The position numbers were made by a program, and so were the translations under genes. 50,612 nt of DNA, taken from positions 1-50,612 of the forward strand of contig JBDNBT010000157.1 of NCBI GenBank assembly GCA_039767755.1, in the 5' to 3' direction. Origin of the DNA: Sulfurovum sp. GTDB taxonomy: Bacteria; Campylobacterota; Campylobacteria; Campylobacterales; Arcobacteraceae. Below are positions 28,780 through 37,008 of this stretch, piece by piece. Each line of letters begins with the position of its first letter. Positions within the stretch are counted from its first letter, which is position 1. A model generated the notes under the pieces. That model saw only the letters and a list, made by a program, of their open reading frames with translations, did no database searches and was not told the DNA's origin.

Positions 28780-30237
28780 ATGAGCACTAAATTTAACTTA
28801 TGTGATTTTATACTTTTTGGAGGGCATGGGGACTTAGCTTTTAGAAAGCTAATGCCTGCACTTTATCATTTATGTAGTGATGATTACATCTCAAAAGAAA
28901 CAAGAATAATAACAGTTTCTAGAAGAGATATTACAAAAGATGAACATATAAGATTAGTGAAAAGTAAATTAAGTGAGTTCTTAGAAGAAGGATTAGATGA
29001 TAAAATCTTTGATGAGTTTAAAAAACAACTTTATGTTGTAAAAATTGATCTTTCTTGTGATAATTCTTATGAACCATTACAAAAACTTTTAAGTGAATAC
29101 CCTAATAGACATAGGGTAAATTATCTGTCAACTTCACCTAATTTTTTTGGGGATATATGTAAAAACTTAGATAATTGGGGTTTAATTACTTCAAATACTA
29201 GAGTGGTGTTAGAAAAACCATTGGGAAAAGATTTGAAGTCTTCTCAAGCTATAAATAAAAAAGTCTTAGAGCATTTTAATGAAGATCAAATATTTAGAAT
29301 TGATCATTATTTAGGAAAAGATACTGTTCAAAATATCTTAGCTCTAAGATTCTCAAATAGACTATTTATGCCCCTTTGGAACTCAAATCATATTGATCAT
29401 GTTCAAATAACAGTAGCTGAGAGTGTTGGTGTTGAGAATAGGTGGGATTATTATAATGAATATGGTGCCTTAAGGGATATGATTCAAAATCACCTTATAC
29501 AATTAATTTGTTTAATAGCTATGGAGCCACCTTGTTCTATTGAAGCAAATGCTGTTAGGGATGAAAAAGTAAAAGTTTTAAGATCATTTAGAAAAATGAA
29601 TAGTGATGATATTAAAAATAAAACTGTAAGAGCTCAATATACAGCTGGATCATCTGATGGTAAAAGTGTAGATGGTTATTGCGATAATTGTGAAATACCA
29701 AGTGACACTGAAACATACGCAGCTATGAGAGTTGATATTGATAACTGGAGATGGAATGGAGTACCTTTTTATATAAGAAGTGGTAAAAGAATGCAAAAAA
29801 GAAATTCTGAAATTGTAATACAATTTAAAACTATTCCTCATTCTATATTCGGTGTTGATGAAGAATCAATAAATGCAAATAAACTTGTGATAACTCTTCA
29901 ACCTAATGAAAGTATTGAATTAAAAATGATGAATAAGATTCCAGGTTTAAGTGATGGAATGAAACTTCAACAAGTAGAACTAGAATTAAATTCACCACAT
30001 AATATTAAAAGAAAACCAGATGCCTATGAAAAATTAATTCTTGATGTTATTAGAAATGAAGCTACTTTATTTATGAGACTTGATGAGGTTGAAGAAGCTT
30101 GGAAATGGGCTGATGAAATAATAAACGGCTGGCAAAATAACTTAACTTCTATGAAAAAATACACAGCAGGAAGTGATGGACCAAGTGCTGCTGTTGGATT
30201 AATCGCAAAAGATGCTAGAAGTTGGAATGATAAGTAG
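28780..30237 (+). CDS. zwf: glucose-6-phosphate 1-dehydrogenase
   Basis: 485 aa with FGGHGDLAFRKLMPAL, LEKPLGKDL, RIDHYLGKDTVQN and YTAGSDGP. Confidence 0.95.
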   Translation: MSTKFNLCDFILFGGHGDLAFRKLMPALYHLCSDDYISKETRIITVSRRDITKDEHIRLVKSKLSEFLEEGLDDKIFDEFKKQLYVVKIDLSCDNSYEPLQKLLSEYPNRHRVNYLSTSPNFFGDICKNLDNWGLITSNTRVVLEKPLGKDLKSSQAINKKVLEHFNEDQIFRIDHYLGKDTVQNILALRFSNRLFMPLWNSNHIDHVQITVAESVGVENRWDYYNEYGALRDMIQNHLIQLICLIAMEPPCSIEANAVRDEKVKVLRSFRKMNSDDIKNKTVRAQYTAGSSDGKSVDGYCDNCEIPSDTETYAAMRVDIDNWRWNGVPFYIRSGKRMQKRNSEIVIQFKTIPHSIFGVDEESINANKLVITLQPNESIELKMMNKIPGLSDGMKLQQVELELNSPHNIKRKPDAYEKLILDVIRNEATLFMRLDEVEEAWKWADEIINGWQNNLTSMKKYTAGSDGPSAAVGLIAKDARSWNDK

Positions 30238-30299
30238 ATATATTTTTATTGGGTAATTTTGAATATAATAGGAAAAATACTTTTAAGGATATAGTTTAG

Positions 30300-30749
30300 A
30301 TGAAATTCTTTATTGATGGGGATGCTTTTCCTAATCTTTTAAAACCAATAGTAACAAAAGCTATTGATAAATATAATCTACAAACCTATATAATCTCAAA
30401 TAAGAAAATTAATGTTGGCAAGTCAAAGTTTATTGAATACATCATAGTTGAAGAAGGTGCTGATAAAGCAGATGATCTTATTGTAGAAATGGTGGAAGAA
30501 AACGATTTGGTAATAACAGCAGATATTCCTTTAGCTGATAGAGTTGTAAGTAAAAACTCTTTAGCAATTGACCACAGGGGTGAACTTTATACAGAAGATA
30601 ATATTAAGCAATATCTTGCAATGAGAAACCTAATGCAAGAAATACGAGATAGTGGAGAGATGACAAAAGGTCCAGCACCTTTTTCAAAAAAAGATACCCA
30701 TAATTTTGCTACTCAATTAAACAATTTTTTGTATAAAAAGTTTAATTGA
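30300..30749 (+). CDS. yaiI: UPF0178 protein (YaiI/YqxD, DUF188)
   Basis: 149 aa with FIDGDAFPN and DLVITADIPLADRVV, matching E. coli YaiI (WVDADACPN, DLVITADIPLAAEAI) as I recall it. Confidence 0.88.
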   Translation: MKFFIDGDAFPNLLKPIVTKAIDKYNLQTYIISNKKINVGKSKFIEYIIVEEGADKADDLIVEMVEENDLVITADIPLADRVVSKNSLAIDHRGELYTEDNIKQYLAMRNLMQEIRDSGEMTKGPAPFSKKDTHNFATQLNNFLYKKFN

Positions 30750-30778
30750 ATTATTTAATTAAATCTACTAATGAATAA

Positions 30779-31207
30779 GCAATAACCAACATTATTATAC
30801 CAATAGATGTATCAAGTATTTTCCATGTAATTGCTTTTTTAAAATTAGGTGTTATGATGTGGTTATCTAAAGGTAAAATGGCTTTAAATACAAATAAGCA
30901 AGACTTTAATATTTCTAATAGAAATTTAGCTTTACAAGGATTTATAACAGCAATTGCAAACCCTAAAGGATGGGCTTTTTTTATAGCTTTATTACCACCT
31001 TTTATAGATGAAAAACTAGATTTATTTCCACAATTAAGTGTGCTTATTTTCTTGATTTTGCTACTAGAGTTTATGTGCTTAATCATATACGCAAGTGGTG
31101 GTAACTTAGTTAGAAAGTTTTTAAGTGATTCATCAAATATAAAACTTTTAAACAAAATAGCAGGGACACTAATGATACTTATAGGTGTATGGTTAGCACT
31201 TACTTAG
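30779..31207 (+). pseudogene. 5'-truncated LysE/RhtB-family exporter remnant (C-terminal roughly 140 codons only)
   Basis: LysE-like similarity (LKLGVMMWLSKGK..., FITAIANPKGWAFFIALLPPFI, LNKIAGTLMILIGVWLAL) extends upstream of the track's ATG (30854) to an in-frame TAA at 30776. The N-terminal roughly 50-60 residues (first TM helices) have no room before yaiI. Confidence 0.55.
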
Positions 31208-31213
31208 TAAATT

Positions 31214-31462
31214 TTACTTACCTTGTAAAAACAGATATAGAGATAAAAGTAAGAAAAACCCTGATAATATATAAAGATTTTTTGATTTTTCTTTTCTTAA
31301 AATACTTTCATCCACATCAAATACAGCTACAGACTTAAGTGTACCATTGTCAATATATTTTAGAAACTTATAACCTTTTTTAGTATATTTTGTTTTGATT
31401 TTTTCTAAGTTTTGTTCTCTTTGTTCTTTTGAAAAGCCACCAACTACGATTTCTTTTTGCAT
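31214..31462 (-). CDS. hypothetical 82-aa protein, soluble N-domain plus C-terminal TM anchor
   Basis: ATG lies 3 nt after the channel gene stop, with an AAGG SD inside the channel 3' end. C-terminal hydrophobic segment LYILSGFFLLLSLYLFL. No family recognised. Confidence 0.5.
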   Translation of the reverse strand: MQKEIVVGGFSKEQREQNLEKIKTKYTKKGYKFLKYIDNGTLKSVAVFDVDESILRKEKSKNLYILSGFFLLLSLYLFLQGK

Positions 31463-31465
31463 TTT

Positions 31466-31876
31466 CTACCTTTTGTCCGTTTGTTTCTTTAATAATTCAA
31501 TAATTTCTTCATTTTGTTTTCTCAATTCTCTGTTTTGAACAGACTTATCTGTGAAGTCTGTAAAAAATCCAGCAATTGTAGCACCTATATAACCAGCAAT
31601 TCCCACACCAATATAAAAAGAAAAAGCAACAATTGCTCTACCTGTTTCAGTTGTGGGATAAACATCACCAAAACCAATTGTACTAGCAGCCATTTGCAAT
31701 AACCAAAAAGCATCCCTATAAGATGTTATGTTTGCAGTTGCAGAATTTATTTCTGCATAATATAAAGGAATAGCAGCAATTGAAATATAAGTATATAATA
31801 TTATAAATCCTAATGTAATCTTACTTATAGGATGCCATTCTTTGATTCCATAATCATCGATTTTATAAAGAGCCAT
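31466..31876 (-). CDS. minimal two-TM potassium channel (KcsA-like pore only)
   Basis: Selectivity filter ASTIGFGDVYP flanked by two TM helices, with a C-terminal coiled-coil-like tail. I placed the start at ATG 31876 (MALYKIDDY...), which has SD AAGGAA 5 nt upstream. The track start at 31933 has none. Confidence 0.8.
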   Translation of the reverse strand: MALYKIDDYGIKEWHPISKITLGFIILYTYISIAAIPLYYAEINSATANITSYRDAFWLLQMAASTIGFGDVYPTTETGRAIVAFSFYIGVGIAGYIGATIAGFFTDFTDKSVQNRELRKQNEEIIELLKKQTDKR

Positions 31877-31994
31877 AAGTTTCCTTTTTTGATTATTTAT
31901 ATTAAATATTTTATGTATGCTACAGATTTTCAACTTGAAATTTGATAAGGTAGTTTGGATGTTGTTTAGTTGTGTGATTTATATAAAAAGATTC

Positions 31995-32018
31995 AGACAA
32001 CCCAAAATAGGGTTATCT
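31995..32018 (-). terminator. intrinsic terminator downstream of the superoxide reductase gene
   Basis: On the minus strand AGATAACCC / GGGTTGTCT forms 9 bp (one G-U) with a 6-nt loop, followed by GAATCTTTTT. Confidence 0.6.
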
Positions 32019-32031
32019 AAAGTGTAGAAGA

Positions 32032-32418
32032 TTACTCAGCTACAGAAACAGTAACAGGCGTTGATTCCCAGATACCGTGTTTAGTACAGTAACCGTGAGC
32101 TACTAAGTTTAATTTTTTACTAGTTGGAATAATAGTAAATGTAGTCGTATTATGAGCTTTAACATTTCCTAGAGTTCCTGGTACATAAGTAGCTTTCGCT
32201 AATAATGTTTCACCATTAAATAAAGAAACAGACTCAATAAAGTGATCAAAATCATCTGGATGAGTATATTCGTTACCCATTTTTACAGTAACTTCAAATG
32301 GCTCACCTGCTTTTGCAGTCTCAGCACAGTGGATAAACGGTGAGTGTCTATCAATTAAATCTTTTTTTGCTTCTCTTTCAACAGTGTCGATATCAACGTA
32401 TTTATTAATTTTTGGCAT
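32032..32418 (-). CDS. 1Fe superoxide reductase (neelaredoxin/desulfoferrodoxin ferrous-iron domain)
   Basis: 128 aa with metal-ligand pattern RHSPFIH..., THPDDFDHFIESV and YCTKHGIWES. SD AGGAGA. Confidence 0.85.
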   Translation of the reverse strand: MPKINKYVDIDTVEREAKKDLIDRHSPFIHCAETAKAGEPFEVTVKMGNEYTHPDDFDHFIESVSLFNGETLLAKATYVPGTLGNVKAHNTTTFTIIPTSKKLNLVAHGYCTKHGIWESTPVTVSVAE

Positions 32419-32549
32419 AAATATTCTCCTAATAATTTTATTTGTGTAAGTATTATACTATAAAATTATTAAAAACTAAATAGGATAAAACTAGTCTTAT
32501 TTGAAAATTTACAAATTAGTTACAAAAAAACAACTTTTTTGTATTGTTT

Positions 32550-32558
32550 TGGTAAAAT
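32550..32558 (+). promoter_or_regulatory. extended -10 (TGgTAAAAT) 6 nt upstream of the thiL ATG
   Basis: Sequence is tttTGgTAAAATcttattATG, with no SD. Confidence 0.45.
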
Positions 32559-32564
32559 CTTATT

Positions 32565-33392
32565 ATGAATAAAGAAGATTTTTTTATAAGTTTATTTGAA
32601 AACAACAATATTATAGGTGATGATGGAGCTGTTATTGGTTCAAATGTATATTCAATGGATGCATTCTTTGAAAATGTACACTTCAAAACAGAATGGATGA
32701 GTTTAAAACAAATTGCTTACAAAGCTATGATTATAAACATTTCAGATGCAATTGCTATGAATGCTACTCCAAAATATGCACTTTTAACTGTAGCAATACC
32801 AAACACATATAGTAAAGATGATTTAAAAAAACTTGCTAAAGGTTTTAAAAAAGCTGCAAAAGAGTTTGGTATAGTAATTATTGGTGGAGATACTATTAGT
32901 AATACTAAATTAGATATTTCTGTAACGATTATTTCAAAAACAAAAAAGCCTATCTACAGAAATGGTGCAAAAAAAGGTGATATAGTTTGCTATACAAACA
33001 CCTTAGGTACATGTAAAAAAGATTTACAAAAACTTTTTGATGGTAAAGATGTATCAAAAAAATCTAAATTTATAAAACCAAAGTTAAATCCAGAGTTTTT
33101 TTATGAGGCTTCAAAGTACATAAATTGCGCACTAGATATTTCAGATGGCTTAGGTTTTGAGCTTGAAAGGGTTTCAAAGTCTTCAAAAGTAGGATTTGAG
33201 TTTTTTGAAGAACTATCAGAAGATATTTTATCTTCAGGTGAAGAGTATGAAATACTATTTACTCTTGATAAAAAACACAAAGATAAAGTTTCAAAGATTG
33301 CTAAGAAACATAAAGTAAAACTAAACTTCATAGCAAACGTAACAGATGGTTCATATAAATCAAACTTAAAAAATCATCATTTTAATAAATAA
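32565..33392 (+). CDS. thiL: thiamine-monophosphate kinase
   Basis: 275 aa with IGDDGAVIG, NISDAIAMNA, IIGGDT and DISDGL motifs. Confidence 0.8.
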   Translation: MNKEDFFISLFENNNIIGDDGAVIGSNVYSMDAFFENVHFKTEWMSLKQIAYKAMIINISDAIAMNATPKYALLTVAIPNTYSKDDLKKLAKGFKKAAKEFGIVIIGGDTISNTKLDISVTIISKTKKPIYRNGAKKGDIVCYTNTLGTCKKDLQKLFDGKDVSKKSKFIKPKLNPEFFYEASKYINCALDISDGLGFELERVSKSSKVGFEFFEELSEDILSSGEEYEILFTLDKKHKDKVSKIAKKHKVKLNFIANVTDGSYKSNLKNHHFNK

Positions 33393-33400
33393 GGGAAAAA

Positions 33401-34465
33401 TTGGAAAAACTACAAAGATATTTAAATCATTCAAAAATAGACGTACTATTTAAACAGACAAAAGACGATTTTGTTGTAACAGAAGAGCCATTATATGACT
33501 TTTCAGGTGAGGGTGAGCACTTAATCTTAAAGATTAGAAAGAAAGATTTAGCTACATGGGATGCTATAGAAATACTTGCTAATTTTTTAGGTTGTTCAAC
33601 TAGAGAGTTTGGATATGCAGGATTAAAAGATAAGAATGCCATGACTATTCAGTCTATATCTGTGCATAAAAAATATGAAGATAAGCTTGATACTTTCACT
33701 AATCCTAATTTAAAAATTTTAGAGAAGACTTACCATAACAACAAAATTAAAGTTGGACATTTAAAAGGTAATCACTTTTTTATCAGACTAAAAAGAGTAA
33801 ATATAGTTGATGCTAGGAAAATAGAGACTATTTTAGGAAAGATTGTTGCTAATGGTATGCCTAACTACTTTGGATATCAAAGATTTGGTATTGAAGGTAA
33901 CAACCATGAAAAAGGTAAAGATATCATAGATGGTAAATTGACTGAAAAAAGAAGAAATTTAAAACAGATGTTTATCAATGCATATCAAAGTCACCTTTTT
34001 AATAGTTGGTTATCTAAAAGAATTGAGATTTCAAAGTTAATAGATGCTTTTGATCCAAAGGATATTTATGAAAGAATTAATTTACCTTTAGATGTTGTAA
34101 AAGAAATGAAATCTCAAAAACATCCTTTAAAAGTAATTAATGGTGATTTATTCTCTCATTATCCTTATGGAAAAGTATTTGTTATTGAAGATTTAGAAGA
34201 AGAGGCACAAAAGTTTTTTGATAGAGATAGAGTACCAACTGGACTTTTAGCAGGTAAAAGAGTTAAGTTAGCAGAAGGTATAGCAAGAGAAATTGAAGAA
34301 CAATACGAGTCTATTACAAAACAAGATGGTTCTAGAAGATTTGCATGGGTTTTTCCAGAAAATATTGAAAGTAATTATAAAGAAGAAAAGAACTGGATGG
34401 AATTAAATTTTTATTTACCAAAAGGTTCATATGCTACTGAATTGATTGCTGAGCTTCTACACTAG
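33401..34465 (+). CDS. truD: tRNA pseudouridine(13) synthase
   Basis: 354 aa with DDFVVTEE, GEGEHLILKIRK, catalytic region YAGLKDKNAMTIQ and NYFGYQRFG. TTG start after SD AAGGG. Confidence 0.9.
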   Translation: MEKLQRYLNHSKIDVLFKQTKDDFVVTEEPLYDFSGEGEHLILKIRKKDLATWDAIEILANFLGCSTREFGYAGLKDKNAMTIQSISVHKKYEDKLDTFTNPNLKILEKTYHNNKIKVGHLKGNHFFIRLKRVNIVDARKIETILGKIVANGMPNYFGYQRFGIEGNNHEKGKDIIDGKLTEKRRNLKQMFINAYQSHLFNSWLSKRIEISKLIDAFDPKDIYERINLPLDVVKEMKSQKHPLKVINGDLFSHYPYGKVFVIEDLEEEAQKFFDRDRVPTGLLAGKRVKLAEGIAREIEEQYESITKQDGSRRFAWVFPENIESNYKEEKNWMELNFYLPKGSYATELIAELLH

Positions 34466-34663
34466 AACTAATAAATGTTAGTCATTAAAATTAACTTTTT
34501 AATATTACTAAAAGATTAACATAACTAAAGAGATAAATTTATATTAATTTATATTTGTCTTTTTAGAGCTCAATTTAAACCCCTTTCAACTTATTTTATT
34601 TAAGTACAAATATAATATAATGATAATTATTTAGACAAAATTAAAGTTAAAGTGAAATTATAA

Positions 34664-35224
34664 ATGATTGTAGGCTTAAGAGGTAAAATTGTAAAAAAAG
34701 AACCAACAGTAATTAACTTAGATGTTAATGGTGTTGTTTACGAAGTTTTCGTATCGCTAAATTGTAGTGCAAAAATTACAGATGAAAATATTATTTTAAA
34801 TACTACTCACATAATTAAAGAAGAATCTCAATCTTTGTATGGATTTTTAGATTTAAATGAAAAAAAACTATTTGATACAGTAATCAAAATTAATGGAGTA
34901 GGGCCAAAAGTTGCTCTAGCAATATGTTCTACTTTTACTCCAAGTTCATTTGCTGAGATTGTTGAAAACAGTGATGTTAATATGTTAAAAAGAGTTCCAG
35001 GAATAGGTCCAAAGGGTGCAAGTAGAATTTTAGTTGAATTGTCTGGTTTTGTAATTACATCAGATAACCAAGAAGATTCAAGTTCTAATACTCAATTAGA
35101 AGCACAATTAGCTCTTGAAAGTTTAGGTTTCAAAAAAGATCAGATATCTAAAACACTAAAAGCTTGTAAATCAACTTCAACTTCTGACTTAGTAAAAGAA
35201 GCTTTAAAACAATTACAAAAATAG
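34664..35224 (+). CDS. ruvA: Holliday junction DNA helicase RuvA
   Basis: 186 aa with [10 protein letters not shown] and HhH motifs [12 protein letters not shown] and [12 protein letters not shown]. Confidence 0.9.
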   Translation: MIVGLRGKIVKKEPTVINLDVNGVVYEVFVSLNCSAKITDENIILNTTHIIKEESQSLYGFLDLNEKKLFDTVIKINGVGPKVALAICSTFTPSSFAEIVENSDVNMLKRVPGIGPKGASRILVELSGFVITSDNQEDSSSNTQLEAQLALESLGFKKDQISKTLKACKSTSTSDLVKEALKQLQK

Positions 35225-35243
35225 ATTATAAGGATTTTTATTT

Positions 35244-36287
35244 ATGAAATTAGGAATTATATTTGGTGGTTTAAGTTATGAACATGAAATATCAATAGTA
35301 AGTGCTATTGCAGTAAGAGATGTAATTAAAAACCATAATTTAAGTTTTATATTCTTAGATGAAAATAGAGACTTTTATTTAATACCAAATGACAAAATGA
35401 AATCAAAACTATTTAGTAGTGGCGAATATAAAAAATGTGAAAAAATTGATATTGATAAAAATGGCTTTTATACAAAAGGTGGATTATTTTCTAAAGAAAA
35501 GAAAATTGAAATTGAAACTATTGTATCTACTATGCATGGTGGAGATGGTGAAGATGGTATTTTATCTTCACTTTTTGACTTTTATAATATACCATATTTA
35601 GCTCCAAGAACAGAAGCTTGTGTAGTTAGTTCAAATAAGTATTTAACTAAGTCGTATGCAAGTGAAGTATCTGTTAAAACAATAGATTATAAATACTTTA
35701 CAATAAATGAAAAGATAAAAGTAGACAAATTTCCATGTATTGTAAAACCTGTAAAATTAGGAAGCTCTATTGGGGTATCTGTTGTAAATAATGAAAAAGA
35801 GTTAGATTACGCTTGTGATGTTGCTTTTGAATATGATGAAGCAATTATTATTGAGTCTTATATTCCAGGAGTTAAAGAGTATAACTTAGCAGGATGCAAA
35901 GTAAACGGTGAATTTGTTTACTCTATTATCGAAGAGCCACAAAAAACTGACTTTTTAGATTTTGATAAAAAGTACTTAGATTTTGCTAGAACATCAACTA
36001 CTGAAAAAGCATTAGTTGATGAGAAAATCGAATTAAAACTAAAAGAGTCTTTTTCAAAGATCTATAATACTTTCTTTGAAGGTTCTCTTATAAGATGTGA
36101 TTTTTTTGTTGTTGATAACGAAGTATATTTAAATGAAATAAACTCAATTCCAGGTTCACTATCTAACTATTTATTTGAAGACTTTAATAAAACAATTGAT
36201 GGGCTATTAAATAGTCTACCAATTAAAAAAAGAGTACCAATATCTTATGAATATGTAAATAAGATTCACGCTAACAAAGGTAAATAA
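35244..36287 (+). CDS. ddl: D-alanine--D-alanine ligase
   Basis: 347 aa ATP-grasp protein with IFGGLSYEHEISIVSA, IVKPVKLGSSIGV and LNEINSIPGS. Confidence 0.9.
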   Translation: MKLGIIFGGLSYEHEISIVSAIAVRDVIKNHNLSFIFLDENRDFYLIPNDKMKSKLFSSGEYKKCEKIDIDKNGFYTKGGLFSKEKKIEIETIVSTMHGGDGEDGILSSLFDFYNIPYLAPRTEACVVSSNKYLTKSYASEVSVKTIDYKYFTINEKIKVDKFPCIVKPVKLGSSIGVSVVNNEKELDYACDVAFEYDEAIIIESYIPGVKEYNLAGCKVNGEFVYSIIEEPQKTDFLDFDKKYLDFARTSTTEKALVDEKIELKLKESFSKIYNTFFEGSLIRCDFFVVDNEVYLNEINSIPGSLSNYLFEDFNKTIDGLLNSLPIKKRVPISYEYVNKIHANKGK

Positions 36288-36288
36288 T

Positions 36289-37008
36289 TTGCCTATAAAA
36301 AGTGTATCTTTTGAAAATAATAATTTTGATATATCTTATGAAATAGTAAACCCATCATGTGAAAAAGATATTATCTTTTTACATGGGTGGGGCTCAAATA
36401 AAGATATTATGAAAACTTCTTTTGGTTCTCATTTGAAAAAATTTAGGCATATATATATAGATATGCCAGGTTTTGGGAAAAGTCCCAATACTCAAATACT
36501 AACTACAAACAAATATATTCAAATAATAGACTTACTTTTAGAAAAACTTTTAAGTGATAAGTTTATAATTGCTGGTCATTCATATGGCGGTAAAATCGCA
36601 ACATCCTTAAATCCAAAAAACCTAGTACTACTTTCAAGTGCAGGTATCATTGAGGAAAAAAATTCAAACATAAAAATTAAGATATTATTTTCAAAGATAT
36701 TAAAAAACTTAGGTTTAGGTTTTTTATCAAAGTTTTTTAGAAGTAAAGATGTAGATAATATGCCTCAAAATATGTATGAGACATTTAAAAATGTATTAAA
36801 TGAAGACTACAGTAAAAACTTTGAAAACTATAAAGGAAATGCTTTAATATTTTGGGGGCAAAAAGATACTGCAACATCTTTAAAGTCTGGTGAAAAGATT
36901 TCAAATTTAATCAAAAAATCAAGTTTTGTTTCCTATGATAGTGATCATTACTTTTTTTTAAAAAATTCAAAAGATATATGTGAGAGAATAGAAAATGGAA
37001 TACTTTAA
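36289..37008 (+). CDS. alpha/beta-fold hydrolase
   Basis: 239 aa with HGWGSN and nucleophile elbow AGHSYGG. Sits at the same ddl-hydrolase-murF position as in Campylobacter. TTG start. Confidence 0.75.
   Translation: MPIKSVSFENNNFDISYEIVNPSCEKDIIFLHGWGSNKDIMKTSFGSHLKKFRHIYIDMPGFGKSPNTQILTTNKYIQIIDLLLEKLLSDKFIIAGHSYGGKIATSLNPKNLVLLSSAGIIEEKNSNIKIKILFSKILKNLGLGFLSKFFRSKDVDNMPQNMYETFKNVLNEDYSKNFENYKGNALIFWGQKDTATSLKSGEKISNLIKKSSFVSYDSDHYFFLKNSKDICERIENGIL

Noticed and set aside
30751-31155. 134-aa minus-strand ORF overlapping the LysE remnant.
   Set aside because: The plus-strand frame carries recognisable LysE-family motifs. The minus-strand product has no recognisable features and no SD, so it is treated as a shadow ORF.
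31877-31933. 19-codon N-terminal extension of the K+ channel ORF.
   Set aside because: There is no SD at 31933, whereas the ATG at 31876 has AAGGAA 5 nt upstream. The extension adds no hydrophobic or conserved sequence.
34466-34663. The longest intergenic region (198 nt, truD to ruvA), examined for an sRNA, small ORF or repeat.
   Set aside because: I found only a 14-codon ORF without an SD and an imperfect (about 15/19) AT-only inverted repeat. There is no convincing promoter-terminator pair or conserved-looking structure.
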